Below, piece after piece: positions 1 through 12,692 of a DNA stretch of 64,000 bases. Within the stretch, counting starts at the first letter, position 1, and each line of letters starts with the position of its first letter. This DNA comes from Schizochytrium sp. TIO01. Lineage: Eukaryota > Protista > Bigyra: Labyrinthulomycetes. The stretch covers positions 2,604,001 to 2,668,000 of the forward strand of contig SMSO01000032.1 of NCBI GenBank assembly GCA_004764695.1. Reading direction: 5' to 3'. The notes below the pieces were generated by a model. It did no database searches. It was not told the DNA's origin and saw nothing but the letters and a program-made list of their open reading frames with translations. Position numbers and translations under genes: made by a program.

Positions 1-1403
1 GTGTCTTGGCGCAACAACAAAATTCCGCGGTACGTAAGTAATGCTTCTCCAAAACTCTTATTCCAGACGCCTGTCGATTGCCTCGAAAGTACTTATGCTT
101 GCTGCTCTTCAAGTCTAGAAGCGTCTCTACCCTTCGCAACTTGCGTACGAATCGCGTACGAATGCAATGCACAAGTTTGAGTAATGCAATGTTCTGTAAT
201 TCAATATATAAGGCTCTGGGAGGTGGGCTCACGAGCGGACTGGAGTCTGTCTACGCGGCTGATGGGGCGCGACTCGCTCTGCGCAGAGCGTATCCAGGGT
301 CCGGGCGGTCGCCGCCAGCTGACACAGGATGTTGCGGAGGGGGGCAATGCGGTTTTGGCGCTGGCGTTCGTGCAGAGCCGAGCAGAGGCGCAGCGAAATG
401 GGTCAGAACGAGATTGAAAGCTGTCGGAGAAAGAAATAGCAGCTTCAAAGACCTTTTTATCAATTTCTCCTCTCTTTTCAGTTCTTGAAGAAAGACGTTT
501 TATCAGAGGCTCACTAGAGGGACTTACCAGAAAGGCTAAGGGTGTGTGCTAGAATGGTTTTCTAGAGTTGTGGCGGAAATCGTGTGGAAAATTCGAAGTA
601 CTTGAGAACTCCGACGCAAACCTGCAGAGAAGGAACCTTAGGTCTGATAGAGCACTTCTGCAAAATATTGGCTCGATCCATGGTGTTTGGAGCAAGTTTT
701 GACGCATCCTTCGCCTTGCTCTGGGGGCGACTGAGGATTTTCATTTTCAGTTAATTACACTTTCTCTTTCAGTCTTTTTCCATTTAGTTTATACCATAAA
801 TCATACAGAATTAACAAAAGTGAAAAATGAAAAACATATGAACGAGCCAACCCCTGAAAACCTGGAGGATGATGATGCTTTCGCGTGGACTCATTTCCCC
901 ACATTTCGATGACGCCCCAAGCACCGTCATCAAAGCCCCCAGCCCTTAGCAGCATTATTTTCAACTCCATGCGCTTATCCCAAGACAACGGAGCATTCTT
1001 TCTACATTATTTCACAACTCCAGTAGTCCTCGTACCACCTCCTGCTATGGCTTACTTAGGCGGGTACCTACGATTCTATAGAGCAACCAACTCATATGAG
1101 CCATTGAAAACAACTTAAAGAGCAGCAAAAGAAAGAAAAGCGATTCAAGTTCTTCCTTCCTTCATTCCATCCTTTCTGCAAAACCCAAAACTTCGGACTT
1201 CTTTGCGGAATTCGATGCACAGCTCACCGGACCTCGCATGGCGCGGGCCAAGACAGCGTCGCGGCGATGATCAAGGGCTCCTCCTCCTCCGCTGCTGCTG
1301 CTGCTGCGCTGCTGCGTGAGAAGCCTCCAGTTGAAGCTTGCAGGGACCACTCACGGCTACTGACCTCCAGAGCTGCAGCAGTTTGCGCTTCTTGTAGCAT
1401 TAC

Positions 1404-1596
1404 AAATAAATAAATAAACAAACAAACAAACAAACAAACAAACCAAACAAACAAACAAACAAACAAACAAACAAACAAACAAACAAACAAACAAACAAAC
1501 AAACAAACAAACAAACAAACAAACAAACAAACAAACAAACAAACAAACAAACAAACAAACAAACAAACAAACAAACAAACAAACAAACAAACAAAC
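1404..1596. repeat. (AAAT)3(AAAC)n tetranucleotide microsatellite, about 45 units
   Basis: Directly visible, with one interruption near 1443. It explains the spurious FVCL-repeat ORFs. Confidence 0.98.
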
Positions 1597-1756
1597 CATG
1601 GTTCATTGTGGCGTTGCTGATGCCCGGATTGCAGAGCTTTGCCAAAGACTTGCCAAAGATTTGCCAAACCCAGGAAGGATCAAGGGCATTTGATGGACTC
1701 TCCGAGTTGGCGTTTGCCACTCTAAATCAGTTCTGCAAACACAGGAGTTTTGACCT

Positions 1757-1842
1757 CGCAACTGCAATCTTTGGTTGAGTCATCAAAGGAACTCCAATGC
1801 GCAACTGCAATCTTTGGTTGAGTCATCAAAGGAACTCCAATG
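1757..1842. repeat. Perfect 43-bp tandem duplication
   Basis: cgcaactgcaatctttggttgagtcatcaaaggaactccaatg occurs at 1757-1799 and 1800-1842. Confidence 0.95.
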
Positions 1843-3755
1843 AGCGATGTCGATCAGGCTAAACAAAGCATTTTAGCGCAACCACTGTACTTTCTTTTGC
1901 CCTTAGGCGTTTTAGCTTTGCACGTGCGAATTGCGGTTTTGGCGATGGCCTCAGTCATCTCCGTGGAAGCGTGTAATTTTACTCTACTAGGAGAGTGCAA
2001 ATTTCGAGCTCAATGAAAACAGAACGGTTCCTAAATGGAGCTATTCTAAGTAGCAATATGGTTAAGTGAAGCAATGAGATTAAGTAAAAATAAAGTTTGA
2101 GAAGAACAGTAGCGATAGGATTAAGCTGCAAATCAAAAAGTTTAAGAAGAACAGTATGTATAACACATTAAGTTAATAAGTAAGATTAACTTCAATAAGA
2201 AGAGCATGAGTGAGTAGAACAAAGTCTGTAAGTAACATTGAAGCGTAAAAAAGGAACAGTATGAATACATAGCTCGTAACTAATAGCACAGCTATTCAAA
2301 AAACAGCCGCGGTAGGAAGCTTTTCATATATTTTCTTAGATAATTGTTCTTACATCATTTAGAATGCATCCTTTATGCCATATGCAGTTGTAAATAAAAA
2401 ACAGGCTATAAACTTACCTCCTCGAGAGATAAAATAAAACAAGAGTTTCTTGCATGCTCAATCCTAAAATATGAATTAAAGCGACACCTGAAACACAGAA
2501 TCTTCAATTGGAAACACAAACATCAACAAAACAAACGATACGAGTGATTGGGTAACGTTAAATATGATTCCATCAAATTTCTGAATAAATTAAACAGAAG
2601 CAGGGGAGTATCTACTTATATCAAGGTGCTAACTTGTGATTCTCAATTATTCAATTTTTCTTGAAGCCTTTTTGGACACCTTTTAGGCAAAGCGACAAAG
2701 TCGGCAAAGGACATTTTCCCTTCATTTCTGGGGTCTTATCAATGCGACCACACTGCCTCTTATGATGAAGATAACATTTATAGATCGCTCGCTCTATATC
2801 GAAGCTATATTGTACCGCTGGCCACCTTGGTTGATTGTTCTTACCCTAAAGGAGTTCGTGGTTTCGATTTCTCGTAGGTACATCTGCACATGAACAATCA
2901 ACACGATATGATAATGAAAAGGGAACACGTCGCATATGATGGAGGTTGGTAGAAACCAAGTTGCGGCCTGGTTCGTTACACGCATTCCGGTGCCAAATAA
3001 AGGATTTAAGAGCGACGTCGTGTTGAGAGTGCTTCTCTTTATCTACTATACATAGAAACAGCAAACAAGAGTTTCTAGTAAGGCTAATCTACGAAGCTAC
3101 AATAGAAGATTGTTTGCTTTTCCCGAGATAGTGCTTTTCTAACTCGACTGGCTAAGGAATCAGCCACTGGGCACTAGACATTGCTATCATGGTAGGTCGA
3201 TGCTGCGTGGTGATGATTCTGATTTGCTAATATTTTAACTGCCTAGGTTAATGATGGCCGAGGTCTTTTATTTCTAAAATCCAAATAGTTAAAGTTTGTG
3301 TGTTAGTTCAGGAAAAGCAAAGCGATAGCACTCGACTTCTCGACTGCTAGCATTTGTGGGAAAGCGCGTCATAGAACCTTGGTAGCACTATTTATCAACC
3401 CCCACCTCTAAAAAGTGCACCCGGTTTGTCTGCTCTCAACCTGGAGCTGGCTGCGAAAGGCAAAACAGGACATGGACCACATGACCACGTTTTGCGTAGT
3501 TGAAATACCACGGTTCAATTTCAATTGCAGGACTTCTATTTACGCGCATGAGAAGCCAATAGACCAAGAATCTAGATGTGGCGGAGCCATGGACAAGCAG
3601 GCAGTTCTAAAAGAAAAAAAAGAAGACCAAAAACAAAGAGCAGTAGATGCCTCTTTTTCAAGGAAATCGAAATAGAGAAGTACATACACAGGGTGTAAAT
3701 CTGCTTTTGAGAAGGGCGACCTCTCGAATATGTTCGAAAACAGCTACCGAACAGC

Positions 3756-4991
3756 TCAAGATGGTGGAAGTGTTGTGTTTTGTCCGGCTCGTAAATTACG
3801 AACTTCACGTATAAGAATTCGCTTGTCAGCCTGGAACTTTTGTTCTGCTTCCGCAAGCGCTTTCTGTGTAGCCTTCAGTTCCTGTTCGAGTTTTGACGCC
3901 CGGGCTCTTGCTAAAGAGACATCTGTCTGCAAGGTAGCTACGCGAGATTTGTCATATTTAGATGCATCAATCTTAGTTTCTGCTTGTCGTGCCTGACGTT
4001 CCAAACTTGCTACACGTTCATCTAGAAAAGTAATTATCTCTTTATCTGCAGCAATCTGCATATGAAGTCTCTGGTTCTCAGAAGCTGCTGCATCAAGCGC
4101 CATTTCTAGATCCTTCGTGCGCTGCGTTTGGACTTCCTTCGCATCCTGCGTAGCCTCCAGCTGTGCCTTGAGATCCTCTAGAGCTCCCTCTTTCTCCACC
4201 ACCTTCTCCAGCGCAGATCCAAGCCGTTTCTCCAATGCTAGTGCCGCTTTGACTCTTCCATGCGAGTCGTTGCCGTCATCCGTAGTTTCCCGCGTAGCCT
4301 CAGATTTTCTGCGCCCCAACCCAAAGCTCCATCCTCGCGTTTTCTGTTCTACAACTCCCGCTCCGATGCCTTGGGCGCCAGAAGCTTCACCATTAGTGGC
4401 ATTGCTTTCTACCCTGTTCTTTGAGAGGTCTCCCCGTGTCGAGACCTCACCTGACGACTCAAATGACGCCGAGTTGGAACCCTTCGATGCCGTTTCCGAA
4501 GACTTCGCCTCTAGCCACATGCGCTCCTGGATGTCCTGCTGCACTGCTAGGAGGGCTTCAACCTGGTCCTTGAGTGCGGCCTCAGAAGCTCTGGCTGCCT
4601 GTAGATCGCGATCTTTCTCCTCTACGGCAGCATTCTGGGCTCTGGCAGCGTTGAGGTCAGCTCTGAGGCGGTCCCGGTCTGCAGAGACAGAGGCCAGTTT
4701 GTCCATCTCGGCGTGCATGGATGCCTCCAAAGCCTGGGCAGAACGCCTGACGGAGGCAAACGTCTGGCGCCATGCGGCACGCTCCGCCTCGGCCTCGCCC
4801 AAAGCCAAGCGTAGAGAGTCCGCCTGAGCGAGAGCGAGCCGCAGGGCACGGCCCAAGGTCTCGGCGCGGGCATCGCCTTCCTTGGCAGCAACTGCATCCA
4901 CCAGATCCCGCACGGCTGCACGGACCTCAAGAGCAGCGGCGGCAGACTCGAGAGCCTCCGCGGCGCGCGCAACGAGCTCGCCGGCATCCAT
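3756..4991 (-). CDS. Coiled-coil protein of unknown function (about 411 aa)
   Basis: Long GC-rich ORF with A/E/L/R/K heptad composition in two blocks separated by a S/G-rich linker. First ATG at 4991 (MDAGELV); the track start at 5027 is a TTG. Confidence 0.8.
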   Translation of the reverse strand: MDAGELVARAAEALESAAAALEVRAAVRDLVDAVAAKEGDARAETLGRALRLALAQADSLRLALGEAEAERAAWRQTFASVRRSAQALEASMHAEMDKLASVSADRDRLRADLNAARAQNAAVEEKDRDLQAARASEAALKDQVEALLAVQQDIQERMWLEAKSSETASKGSNSASFESSGEVSTRGDLSKNRVESNATNGEASGAQGIGAGVVEQKTRGWSFGLGRRKSEATRETTDDGNDSHGRVKAALALEKRLGSALEKVVEKEGALEDLKAQLEATQDAKEVQTQRTKDLEMALDAAASENQRLHMQIAADKEIITFLDERVASLERQARQAETKIDASKYDKSRVATLQTDVSLARARASKLEQELKATQKALAEAEQKFQADKRILIREVRNLRAGQNTTLPPS

Positions 4992-5735
4992 TACAGACGC
5001 AAACGCCTGACCATTGCCGAGCGTCAATTCCGGTTTGCACCAGAGTCAACATCTTCCTGTGCACTTCTGAGAAATGAAGAAAAACGAGGTTGAACTAGTA
5101 CCTAGATCCTCGAAGTTTGAAACCATACTGCCAAGCCCTGCGAAGGTTTCCAGAGCTGCAAGGTCTTTCGAATGCCTTTGCATCTTTATCGTTAGCCATC
5201 CTCGAAGTTCATTTTACAGATCCCTCAACTCCAAACTTTGACGATGAAATTCAAACTTCAAAAATCCAATGTAAAAATTCAAATCTTTCTTTCAAGTTCT
5301 TTCGAAAAATAAAAACAAAGGAAAAAACAAACAAAAAGCAATCTCGAATTGGATTCTAAACTTCAAATTCCGAGGTCCTGGCCTTGAAGCCTTTCAGAGA
5401 AACCACTCCGGGCGTCTTCACCAGCTAGTTCCACCACCTCCGCCAGTCAGTTTCGAAAGCTACCTGCTGCGCCCGCTATCTTCAAACTCCCCATTTGCTT
5501 TCTGCAGCTTGAAACCCTTGAAAACCTGGTCCATCGAAGAACGCATACTAGTATGCGATTTGATTCCTCGCTTGGCTCAAGGAGTTCCACCAATACTTGG
5601 AGGAGACCAGAAACAAGCTCAGCCTGAGCAGAAGACGCGCTCAAAACAAAGCAAGTTTTGTGCGAAACAAACTTGTTGTGCGGGCGGGACGTGCTAGGGC
5701 AGTGTGCTAAGCAACTGTCACGCTTTCTCGAAGGA

Positions 5736-7416
5736 ATGAGCGATGTGGGTGGTGGAGGGCTGAAGCCCGTGCGCCGCGAAGCACATGTGGCGAACGTGTT
5801 TGCGGGAGAGGACGTGAGCACGAAGCGACAGAAGGTTGATGGTAACGATCAAGTTCCTAACTTGCGTACGGGAGGAGCGAAAACATTAGAGGAGGTTGAG
5901 GTAGACGTGTTGCACAAATGCGAGGACATTGTCGTGCTCGACAAACCCGCAGACTTTAGACTTGATGGTGACTTTGCTGTGACCGTGGAGAAATTCGTGC
6001 AGAAAATTATCCCGGAACCGGAAAAAAGACCTCGCTGGATCCACCAACTCGATTTTGCCACATCTGGTGTGCTTGCAGTAGGCCTCTGTAGACGTGGCGC
6101 AGGCAATACAGCCAAACTATTTTCGCAGAGGCTCACCAAAAAGTACTACGTTGCTCTTGTTCGGGGAAGGTTGCGGCCGGCGTTCCCGAAACCGGGAGCT
6201 GACGGAAGCAGGCCACTAGCGCTAGCAAGAAATGAACAACCTGAAGTTCCAGTTGCTGCTGCTTCTGCTGCTTCCACTGACATAGAAGATGAGGTAATTC
6301 ATGAGGACTTTAGGTTTGCAACAGGGAAGGCATCCTTAAGGATACGAGAACGCTGGGAACGCGTTGACACGTTCGGTCTTGAGGAAGCCAAGGGTGTCGC
6401 CGAGACTAACAAGGGTTCACTTTTAGAGCGCCTCTTAAGGGAGATGTATGGACCCGTATCGGCCGAGGGCTTCCTCCCAGTGTACGATGTGGAAGGTGCG
6501 ATTGCAGAACCCGACAAAGATGACTTCCGCATGGTCATTGACAACTCCAATGGTCGCGCATCTCGAACCCAGGTGGTACCAGTTGCATATGGGCATGTCG
6601 ACGGTGAAGAGGTCACCAAAGTTGTCTTGAGGCCAATTTCTGGGAGGAGACACCAACTCCGTCTTCACACAATGCACATGGGCTTTCCGATTTTGGGAGA
6701 CGCAACATACGGGTAAGTTATATCTTCTCTTTGCCAAATTAATTATGTATAGATACATAAAGGTGTATTAGCTCTTACACTTGATGTTTAAGTGATTATC
6801 CCAGCTATTCTCGTCTATTGGTGGGCTGAAATACCCTATAACTTTGTTGGGGCTAATTTGTCGAGTTGGAAATGTGGTTACGATTAATGATGAACCTCAA
6901 AAGTCTAATTGTATGGCTAACGTTCTTTTGATTATTGTTTCGAATTTATCAAATTTGTAAAACAGACCTGTGTTTTGCGAGGCCACCTCGACTGTCGACG
7001 ACGCCTTTTACATGGTACCAGCCCGCATGTACTTGCATGCGCTCCGCTTAGATCTAAATTTTGCCAAAAACGAAGGCAAGGTAAGATATGTAAGTTTCTT
7101 TTCATCCCTTTTTTTCCATTCACAAGATTATATATGCTCACAAGATTTTTATTTTTTTGTTGGAATACTGGAATACTGACCAATCGCGCTATCGCGCATC
7201 AACTCTTTGCATTCTCAATTTGCACAGAAAGACATTAAGAATTTTCTGGGTGGCAAACTCCAAGACCTCGTCCTCGAGACTAAAGACCCTTTTCCTCTCA
7301 ACAACAAAAACAAAAATAATGACAACAAGAGCATTCGGGGTGACATCACGCACAGCCAAGTCCAGTCTGATAATGCTCCTGAAGCGAAAGACGCAACTAA
7401 GCCTGCTTCTTCCTAA
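5736..7416 (+). CDS. RPUSD1: RluA-family RNA pseudouridine synthase, RPUSD1-like (3 exons: 5736-6712, 6966-7080, 7228-7416)
   Basis: Motifs [15 protein letters not shown] (catalytic Asp, HQLD variant of RPUSD1), KYYVALVRG and [21 protein letters not shown]. Introns GTAAGT(6713)..AACAG(6965) and GTAAGA(7081)..CACAG(7227) keep the frame and restore the RMYLHALRL motif and terminal DPF. Confidence 0.9.
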
Positions 7417-7773
7417 GAGTAACCATGAATTATAGTTAACTGTTTCTTCTTTTACCCTTTTACTTCTTTTATCTCTTTTCAATGATATAACTTTTAAATA
7501 TTAGAGTATCATACTATCGATGATGATGACTTTCTTTACCCACAGGTAAAAAATGACCGTTGCCGTTCCAGAAGTTCGTTTGATAAATATATGAGGATGA
7601 TGTCCCACGAAGGAATAATTGAGACAGAACGGATGTTCTGCTCTTCTGGTCTTCATCGTTGCTAATCTGATTTATAGCTCAAACATAAGATTCTCGCCAA
7701 GGAATTCACGCAGATACGGCAGTCGGCCTAACCTTCCTCAAACAGCGTTCCACGCACGTATGCCTCATTAAAA

Positions 7774-10700
7774 ATGCACGCAACTAGTGTGGCGGGCTCG
7801 CCAGCTTCTTCACGTGAGGAGCTCGATGAAAACCTTTCGTTTGGCACGAACAGCAATGTTGTTCCCTGGAAATCTTCACACCAGATCCACGGTCACCGAC
7901 GGCCAACCTCTGTTCCTGTATCGCTTGGTAGAAAACGATCTCTGCACCAATCCTCTGCGACTTCCCTTACCAAAGGCAGCAACAAAGCAGACAAACATAG
8001 CAACAATAATCATGGTAGACGGGGTACTCGGGTCCTGGAGGTCTGCGGCGCCCAAAGTTCCCACCTCAAACCTCTTCTACAAGTCTTAGAGAATCAGGGC
8101 TGGGTCCGAAGTTTGTCACGAGGGGCTCAGGGAGGAAGTAGGCTTCCTTCGGCGCTCTCACTACGCTCATGCACCTTATTTTTGACTGTAGAAAATCTCC
8201 CTTCTTCGCATCTATTGACCCGTAATCGGCATCTATTTCATAACCACTTTGAGCGAAACTCCGAAATCACTACTAAACAATCATTAGCTCAAAACCTCCA
8301 AAATTTGCACTGGAACCATGGCGTTAATGCTCATCACCTTTTCCCGCGGTGTTACACTTTGCACGATGAAGCCGGCAAACTTAATTTTAGAGACGACTAT
8401 CGCCAAACATCAGCTGCAAGTTTATTACGCAGCATTGTTGAAGTGGGCGATGATGCTCTGCGCAATGTTGATGACCATACCCTGCGCATGGCGCTACATA
8501 TTTGCGATGAGCGGGTTGGAAGGCTGGTAGGCCAGGTTGCCCGCGCACGACGATTCTCTGATTCAGAATGGGATCGTCTCTTGTCTGCAAGTCTACATAT
8601 CGCAACGCTTGAAAGTGATTCCGCGACCACCCAGCGTATCGCTGGAGCAGATGCGGAAAAGGGATCTCTTCTTGCTAAAGCCCAGCAGCTCGTAAACCAG
8701 CTTGCTCGTCTCGATCCTCAATGGTCATTAAATGGAAGGAGAAATATCTGGATAGTGAAGCCTGGCGATAAAAGTAAAGCAGCAGCGATTTTTTTGCACA
8801 ATGATCTCAGTCTTATTGAAGCGCATGCAACGAGAATGGGAGGAGCACGAATTGTGCAGAAATATATTGAAAATCCTCAGCTTGGTCCTGGGCATCGAAA
8901 GTTCGACTTACGGGTCTGGGTCCTTGTTACCTCCTGGGAACCTCTCGAAGCCTGGATCTATGAACCGTTCTACTGCCGTGTCTGTCGGGACACATTTTCA
9001 TTAGCCCAGTCAAGCTTCGAACGCAAATCAGTGCATTTGTGCAATGCGTCAATCCAAGGACCTGGGTCTATCCTCACTATGGATGATTTGATTACACACT
9101 TGCGATGCGAGGGACTGATTGCTGATCAGCAAGCTCTTGACCACTTCATTTCTTCAATCCATCGTGCCTGTCGTCTAGCGCTTCAAGCGGGAGTTCATAA
9201 AGTTACCCCTCGAGATCGCTCGTTTGAGGTGTATGGTGTCGATTTGCTGCTGGATGAAGAGTTGACATGTTGGCTACTTGAGGTTAATCTCTCACCAGGG
9301 TTTGGGAAACATGGAGAAGTATTTAGCAATATGGTCAAGAGCATGTTTGAAGGAGTACACGAAATTGTATTTAACCGCCAAAACGATGGAGTGCATTCCG
9401 CATATGACCTTGGCTGGAGACTTTTACAAAGTTCATTGTTCATAGATCACCAATGCAAGGGTCCTGGTCCTGATAAAGTGAGCAACAACAGTTACAATCC
9501 ATCCAGCGAAAAGGATACTTACAGCTCTCACAAAAAGTTAAGAAATCATGGAATTCATCAAAATACGCACTTTGAAACGCCTTCCAGACCTGAAACTGAT
9601 AATGATGATCTATACTCATTTGATGACGTTAAATGTCACCCTTATGTGGACACCGGACTAGAGTCAGCCTTTGGGCCATTCACCCCATATCATGCTAGTG
9701 ATTCAAATTCGTATGCAAAGAGTGTTCAGGTGCAAATGGAAAGAGAGTATCCATCGTCTCAATTTGTCACACCTGGAATCCGGCTCTTGTTACAGGGAAG
9801 GCGAATGCCAAGGCGACAGATGTCGCGCCTTGATCTGATATTTCGCCATGCCCAAGCTTTGGAGACCATCTCTCGTTTCATGACTTACTGTAAAAAGGTC
9901 TGGCCATTCATAAAGGAGCTCCGAGAGTTGGCGTCTATTAAAATTACAAAGACCTGCCGCCTTTTTCTTGCGTGCAGGCTAGTGCAAGCTATAAGAAGAC
10001 GAGAAAAGGCAGCTCTTAAACTGCAATGTCTCATGCGGATGGCTGCAGCAAAAGTCGTTCTATCCAATCGAATATATGCAAGATATGTGACATGCGCTTC
10101 CTTCATACAAAAATGGTGGAGAAAGCGCACGCTTCAATACCGTCAATCCATACAACGAATATGTTTGCATAGCTGGATTGCTCGCAATAAAGCAACGGTA
10201 AAAGCAGCTGGACGCTTGCAGGGCTTCTGGCGAGCTCGGAAATGTGTTCGCCTTATTCGATCTTCCGTTCAGACTCATAGAGCCTTAAAACAGTTACAGG
10301 CGATTGTAAAAGCTTGGCTTGTTAAGCATCAAGCTCAACAAACCTTGTCCTGGAAACGCATGCACGCTTCGAGGGTAAGTATCATGCGCAATATGCTTAC
10401 TAGACATCAGGCAGCTACCCTCATTGCAAACTCTTGGGCAATTTACAAATCTCGACGCTTTAAAGCAGCTACGCTGATTCAACGATTTTGGCGTATTAAT
10501 ACTTCTAATCGTCGAGAGCGGGCTACTTCATGTATTATCAAATGGTGGAGAAGACAGAAGCACCTATCGTCTCTAAAAGCATCGCTTGCTTTATTTCATG
10601 CTCGATACGGTCGTCTGATGCATGCGCGCCGCCGACGAGCAAGTGCGACTATTCGAGACTTTGTTCATGAATTTGTTATTTTACGTCAACCATCTCGATG

Positions 10701-11181
10701 CCAGATCATCGTTTATGAATCGCCCGAAACCCAGCAGCAAAATGTATTGACTAATGCTATCACGAAATCTCGTCAGCAAGAACGTAAAAAACGTGCCCAT
10801 GCTCGAGCCCAACGTGAGCGTAGTAAAAGGTTGTCTCAGAATCGGCCTAGTATGAAACTTCCTACTTCACGGAAGATGAAACTGCAACGGGCTGAAAATT
10901 CAAACAAAAACTCTAAACCAAAGCTTGAATCAGATAAAACTGCTCGATTACTGCGTTCGCTGGACACTCAACCGAAGACATCGACAAGAGCAAAGGGAAA
11001 TCAAAGGAGTTATACAAATCAAGTAGTAAATGGACTACCAAAACCACGGAGCAAAAAAACGAATGTAACAAGAACTAAAATTGACACTTATAGAGCCCGG
11101 GAGGAAGAGCTATGTGTACAGCTTTGGCGACATTCAACGCAACGTCCGCAACTCCCGGATCCCTTAAATTTAGATTTGTAA
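7774..11181 (+). CDS. Tubulin-tyrosine-ligase-like protein (TTLL3/8 glycylase-like) with C-terminal IQ-like repeats
   Basis: NHF..N.EITTK, FPRCY, NIWIVKPG, VQKYIENP, RKFDLRVWVLVT, HLCNASIQ, FEVYGVDLLLD..WLLEVN.SP. IQ-like motifs include LQCLMR, IQKWWR, LQGFWR, IQRFWR and IIKWWR. Confidence 0.9.
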   Translation: MHATSVAGSPASSREELDENLSFGTNSNVVPWKSSHQIHGHRRPTSVPVSLGRKRSLHQSSATSLTKGSNKADKHSNNNHGRRGTRVLEVCGAQSSHLKPLLQVLENQGWVRSLSRGAQGGSRLPSALSLRSCTLFLTVENLPSSHLLTRNRHLFHNHFERNSEITTKQSLAQNLQNLHWNHGVNAHHLFPRCYTLHDEAGKLNFRDDYRQTSAASLLRSIVEVGDDALRNVDDHTLRMALHICDERVGRLVGQVARARRFSDSEWDRLLSASLHIATLESDSATTQRIAGADAEKGSLLAKAQQLVNQLARLDPQWSLNGRRNIWIVKPGDKSKAAAIFLHNDLSLIEAHATRMGGARIVQKYIENPQLGPGHRKFDLRVWVLVTSWEPLEAWIYEPFYCRVCRDTFSLAQSSFERKSVHLCNASIQGPGSILTMDDLITHLRCEGLIADQQALDHFISSIHRACRLALQAGVHKVTPRDRSFEVYGVDLLLDEELTCWLLEVNLSPGFGKHGEVFSNMVKSMFEGVHEIVFNRQNDGVHSAYDLGWRLLQSSLFIDHQCKGPGPDKVSNNSYNPSSEKDTYSSHKKLRNHGIHQNTHFETPSRPETDNDDLYSFDDVKCHPYVDTGLESAFGPFTPYHASDSNSYAKSVQVQMEREYPSSQFVTPGIRLLLQGRRMPRRQMSRLDLIFRHAQALETISRFMTYCKKVWPFIKELRELASIKITKTCRLFLACRLVQAIRRREKAALKLQCLMRMAAAKVVLSNRIYARYVTCASFIQKWWRKRTLQYRQSIQRICLHSWIARNKATVKAAGRLQGFWRARKCVRLIRSSVQTHRALKQLQAIVKAWLVKHQAQQTLSWKRMHASRVSIMRNMLTRHQAATLIANSWAIYKSRRFKAATLIQRFWRINTSNRRERATSCIIKWWRRQKHLSSLKASLALFHARYGRLMHARRRRASATIRDFVHEFVILRQPSRCQIIVYESPETQQQNVLTNAITKSRQQERKKRAHARAQRERSKRLSQNRPSMKLPTSRKMKLQRAENSNKNSKPKLESDKTARLLRSLDTQPKTSTRAKGNQRSYTNQVVNGLPKPRSKKTNVTRTKIDTYRAREEELCVQLWRHSTQRPQLPDPLNLDL

Positions 11182-11275
11182 ATTAGGAAATACACCACAA
11201 ACAAAGTAACAAACAAATTGAAATTTTATTTCATTGAAAATTGAAGTGGAAAAGTTAAAACATTAGTACAGCGAG

Positions 11276-12661
11276 CTATGACTTGCCTGTTGGGGTCACA
11301 GTAAGAGATTGAAGCTCATGCGGTGCTGGTCTGAGGACGTCACTTTCGTTTTCGTACCCAAGGTTAGCACTAGGCTTGTTGTGTGCATGTGATGAGAGCA
11401 AAATTGCCCTTTGAGATGAATAATTTGCAGGGGTTGCAAAATTGTCATTGTTGGAATGGCCATCACGGTGTTCTGAGCCAACGTATAATGACTGTGGAGA
11501 GCTGGAAAAGGGCTCGAGGTCTGCATACGTTAGGGAGTCTGTATCCCTCGAGGAGGAGGATGGTTGCGGAGAAAAGGTGAGCAACGCATGATGTTGGTGC
11601 TCGTGCTGATGTTGATGATGTTGGTGCTCTCGTTGGTGGATGCTCTCCTCTGAACTTTGCAAAGTGGTTGTTGTAGTAGTTGTCATTGTTGTAGTTGTTG
11701 TTGTTGTTGCTGCAGCGCTTCCTACTGTGTGGAATGTACGATTGACCACAGGTCCATCTCTAGCATGAGAAAAGGGAGGTGTACACGACATTTTCTCGGT
11801 ATTGGGATTGATAACAAGAGACAGATCTAGCGGAGACAACGATCCATTTGCTTGCGGGTCGGTGTTTCGCGCGATGTTGGTTTGCACTGATAATTGAAGC
11901 TCATCACGCTTAATTTTGTGAGGCGGGGCTTCAAGTATTGAAATTGTTGAATTTCTTGGACTGAGGTTGGTATGGCATGCTTGAACCTTGCGTTTCTCCC
12001 CACTGACAGTCGCAATCTGTACGTCAATTTTCTGTGCTTGTACATTATCTTCCGATGGGAATAACGCTTGCCCAAATCGAGAAGTTGGTTGTACAAGTGA
12101 GGGCGAAAATGATAGGTCATTCGATGCGCGTGGCACTAAATCTGTACTTTTGAGTCCTGTATCACGTGAGCACATTGAATCAACCGTAGTTTCATCAGAG
12201 GCATTCGTATTGGTCCTTGTAATTGTAGATGTGCTAGCAAAGGAGGGAGCACTTTGTAACTCCATTGAAACATCTTCCTGGTGTGTATTTTCAAGAATGC
12301 TAGGATCTGTTCCAGAGGAATACGAAGAGATTTTGGAAAGTTTTGGCATTGGAAGGGCTAATGAGACGTGTGGATATGCACGTAGAGAGGCCAGCGCCTC
12401 TGCTGCAGTTGGGTCTCCGCGTGGAGTGGGAACCTCCGGGACTGCTGAGTCATCATTTGCTATCGGACTATGCGAGCCCATATGAGGCGAGCCATTTGTG
12501 CTCCGAGGATGATGAAAGCCACTCTCAAGGCTTGGAGAAGCATGCATGAATTTGGGGGATACAAGACCCTCTTCTCCATGGGATCCATAGCGCCGCACAG
12601 TTCGGGGAGTCTGCAAGATTTCAGGCGCTGCTGATTCTTGATGATAATGTTGTTGTTGTCG

Positions 12662-12692
<31 letters not shown>

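Noticed and set aside
1224-1720. ORFs with FVCL repeats
   Set aside because: They are translations of the stop-free (GTTT)n microsatellite.
2050-2290. Spaced gaagaacagta-like repeats resembling a CRISPR array
   Set aside because: Only about three degenerate copies, irregular spacing, no cas genes and a eukaryotic context; a decayed minisatellite at most.
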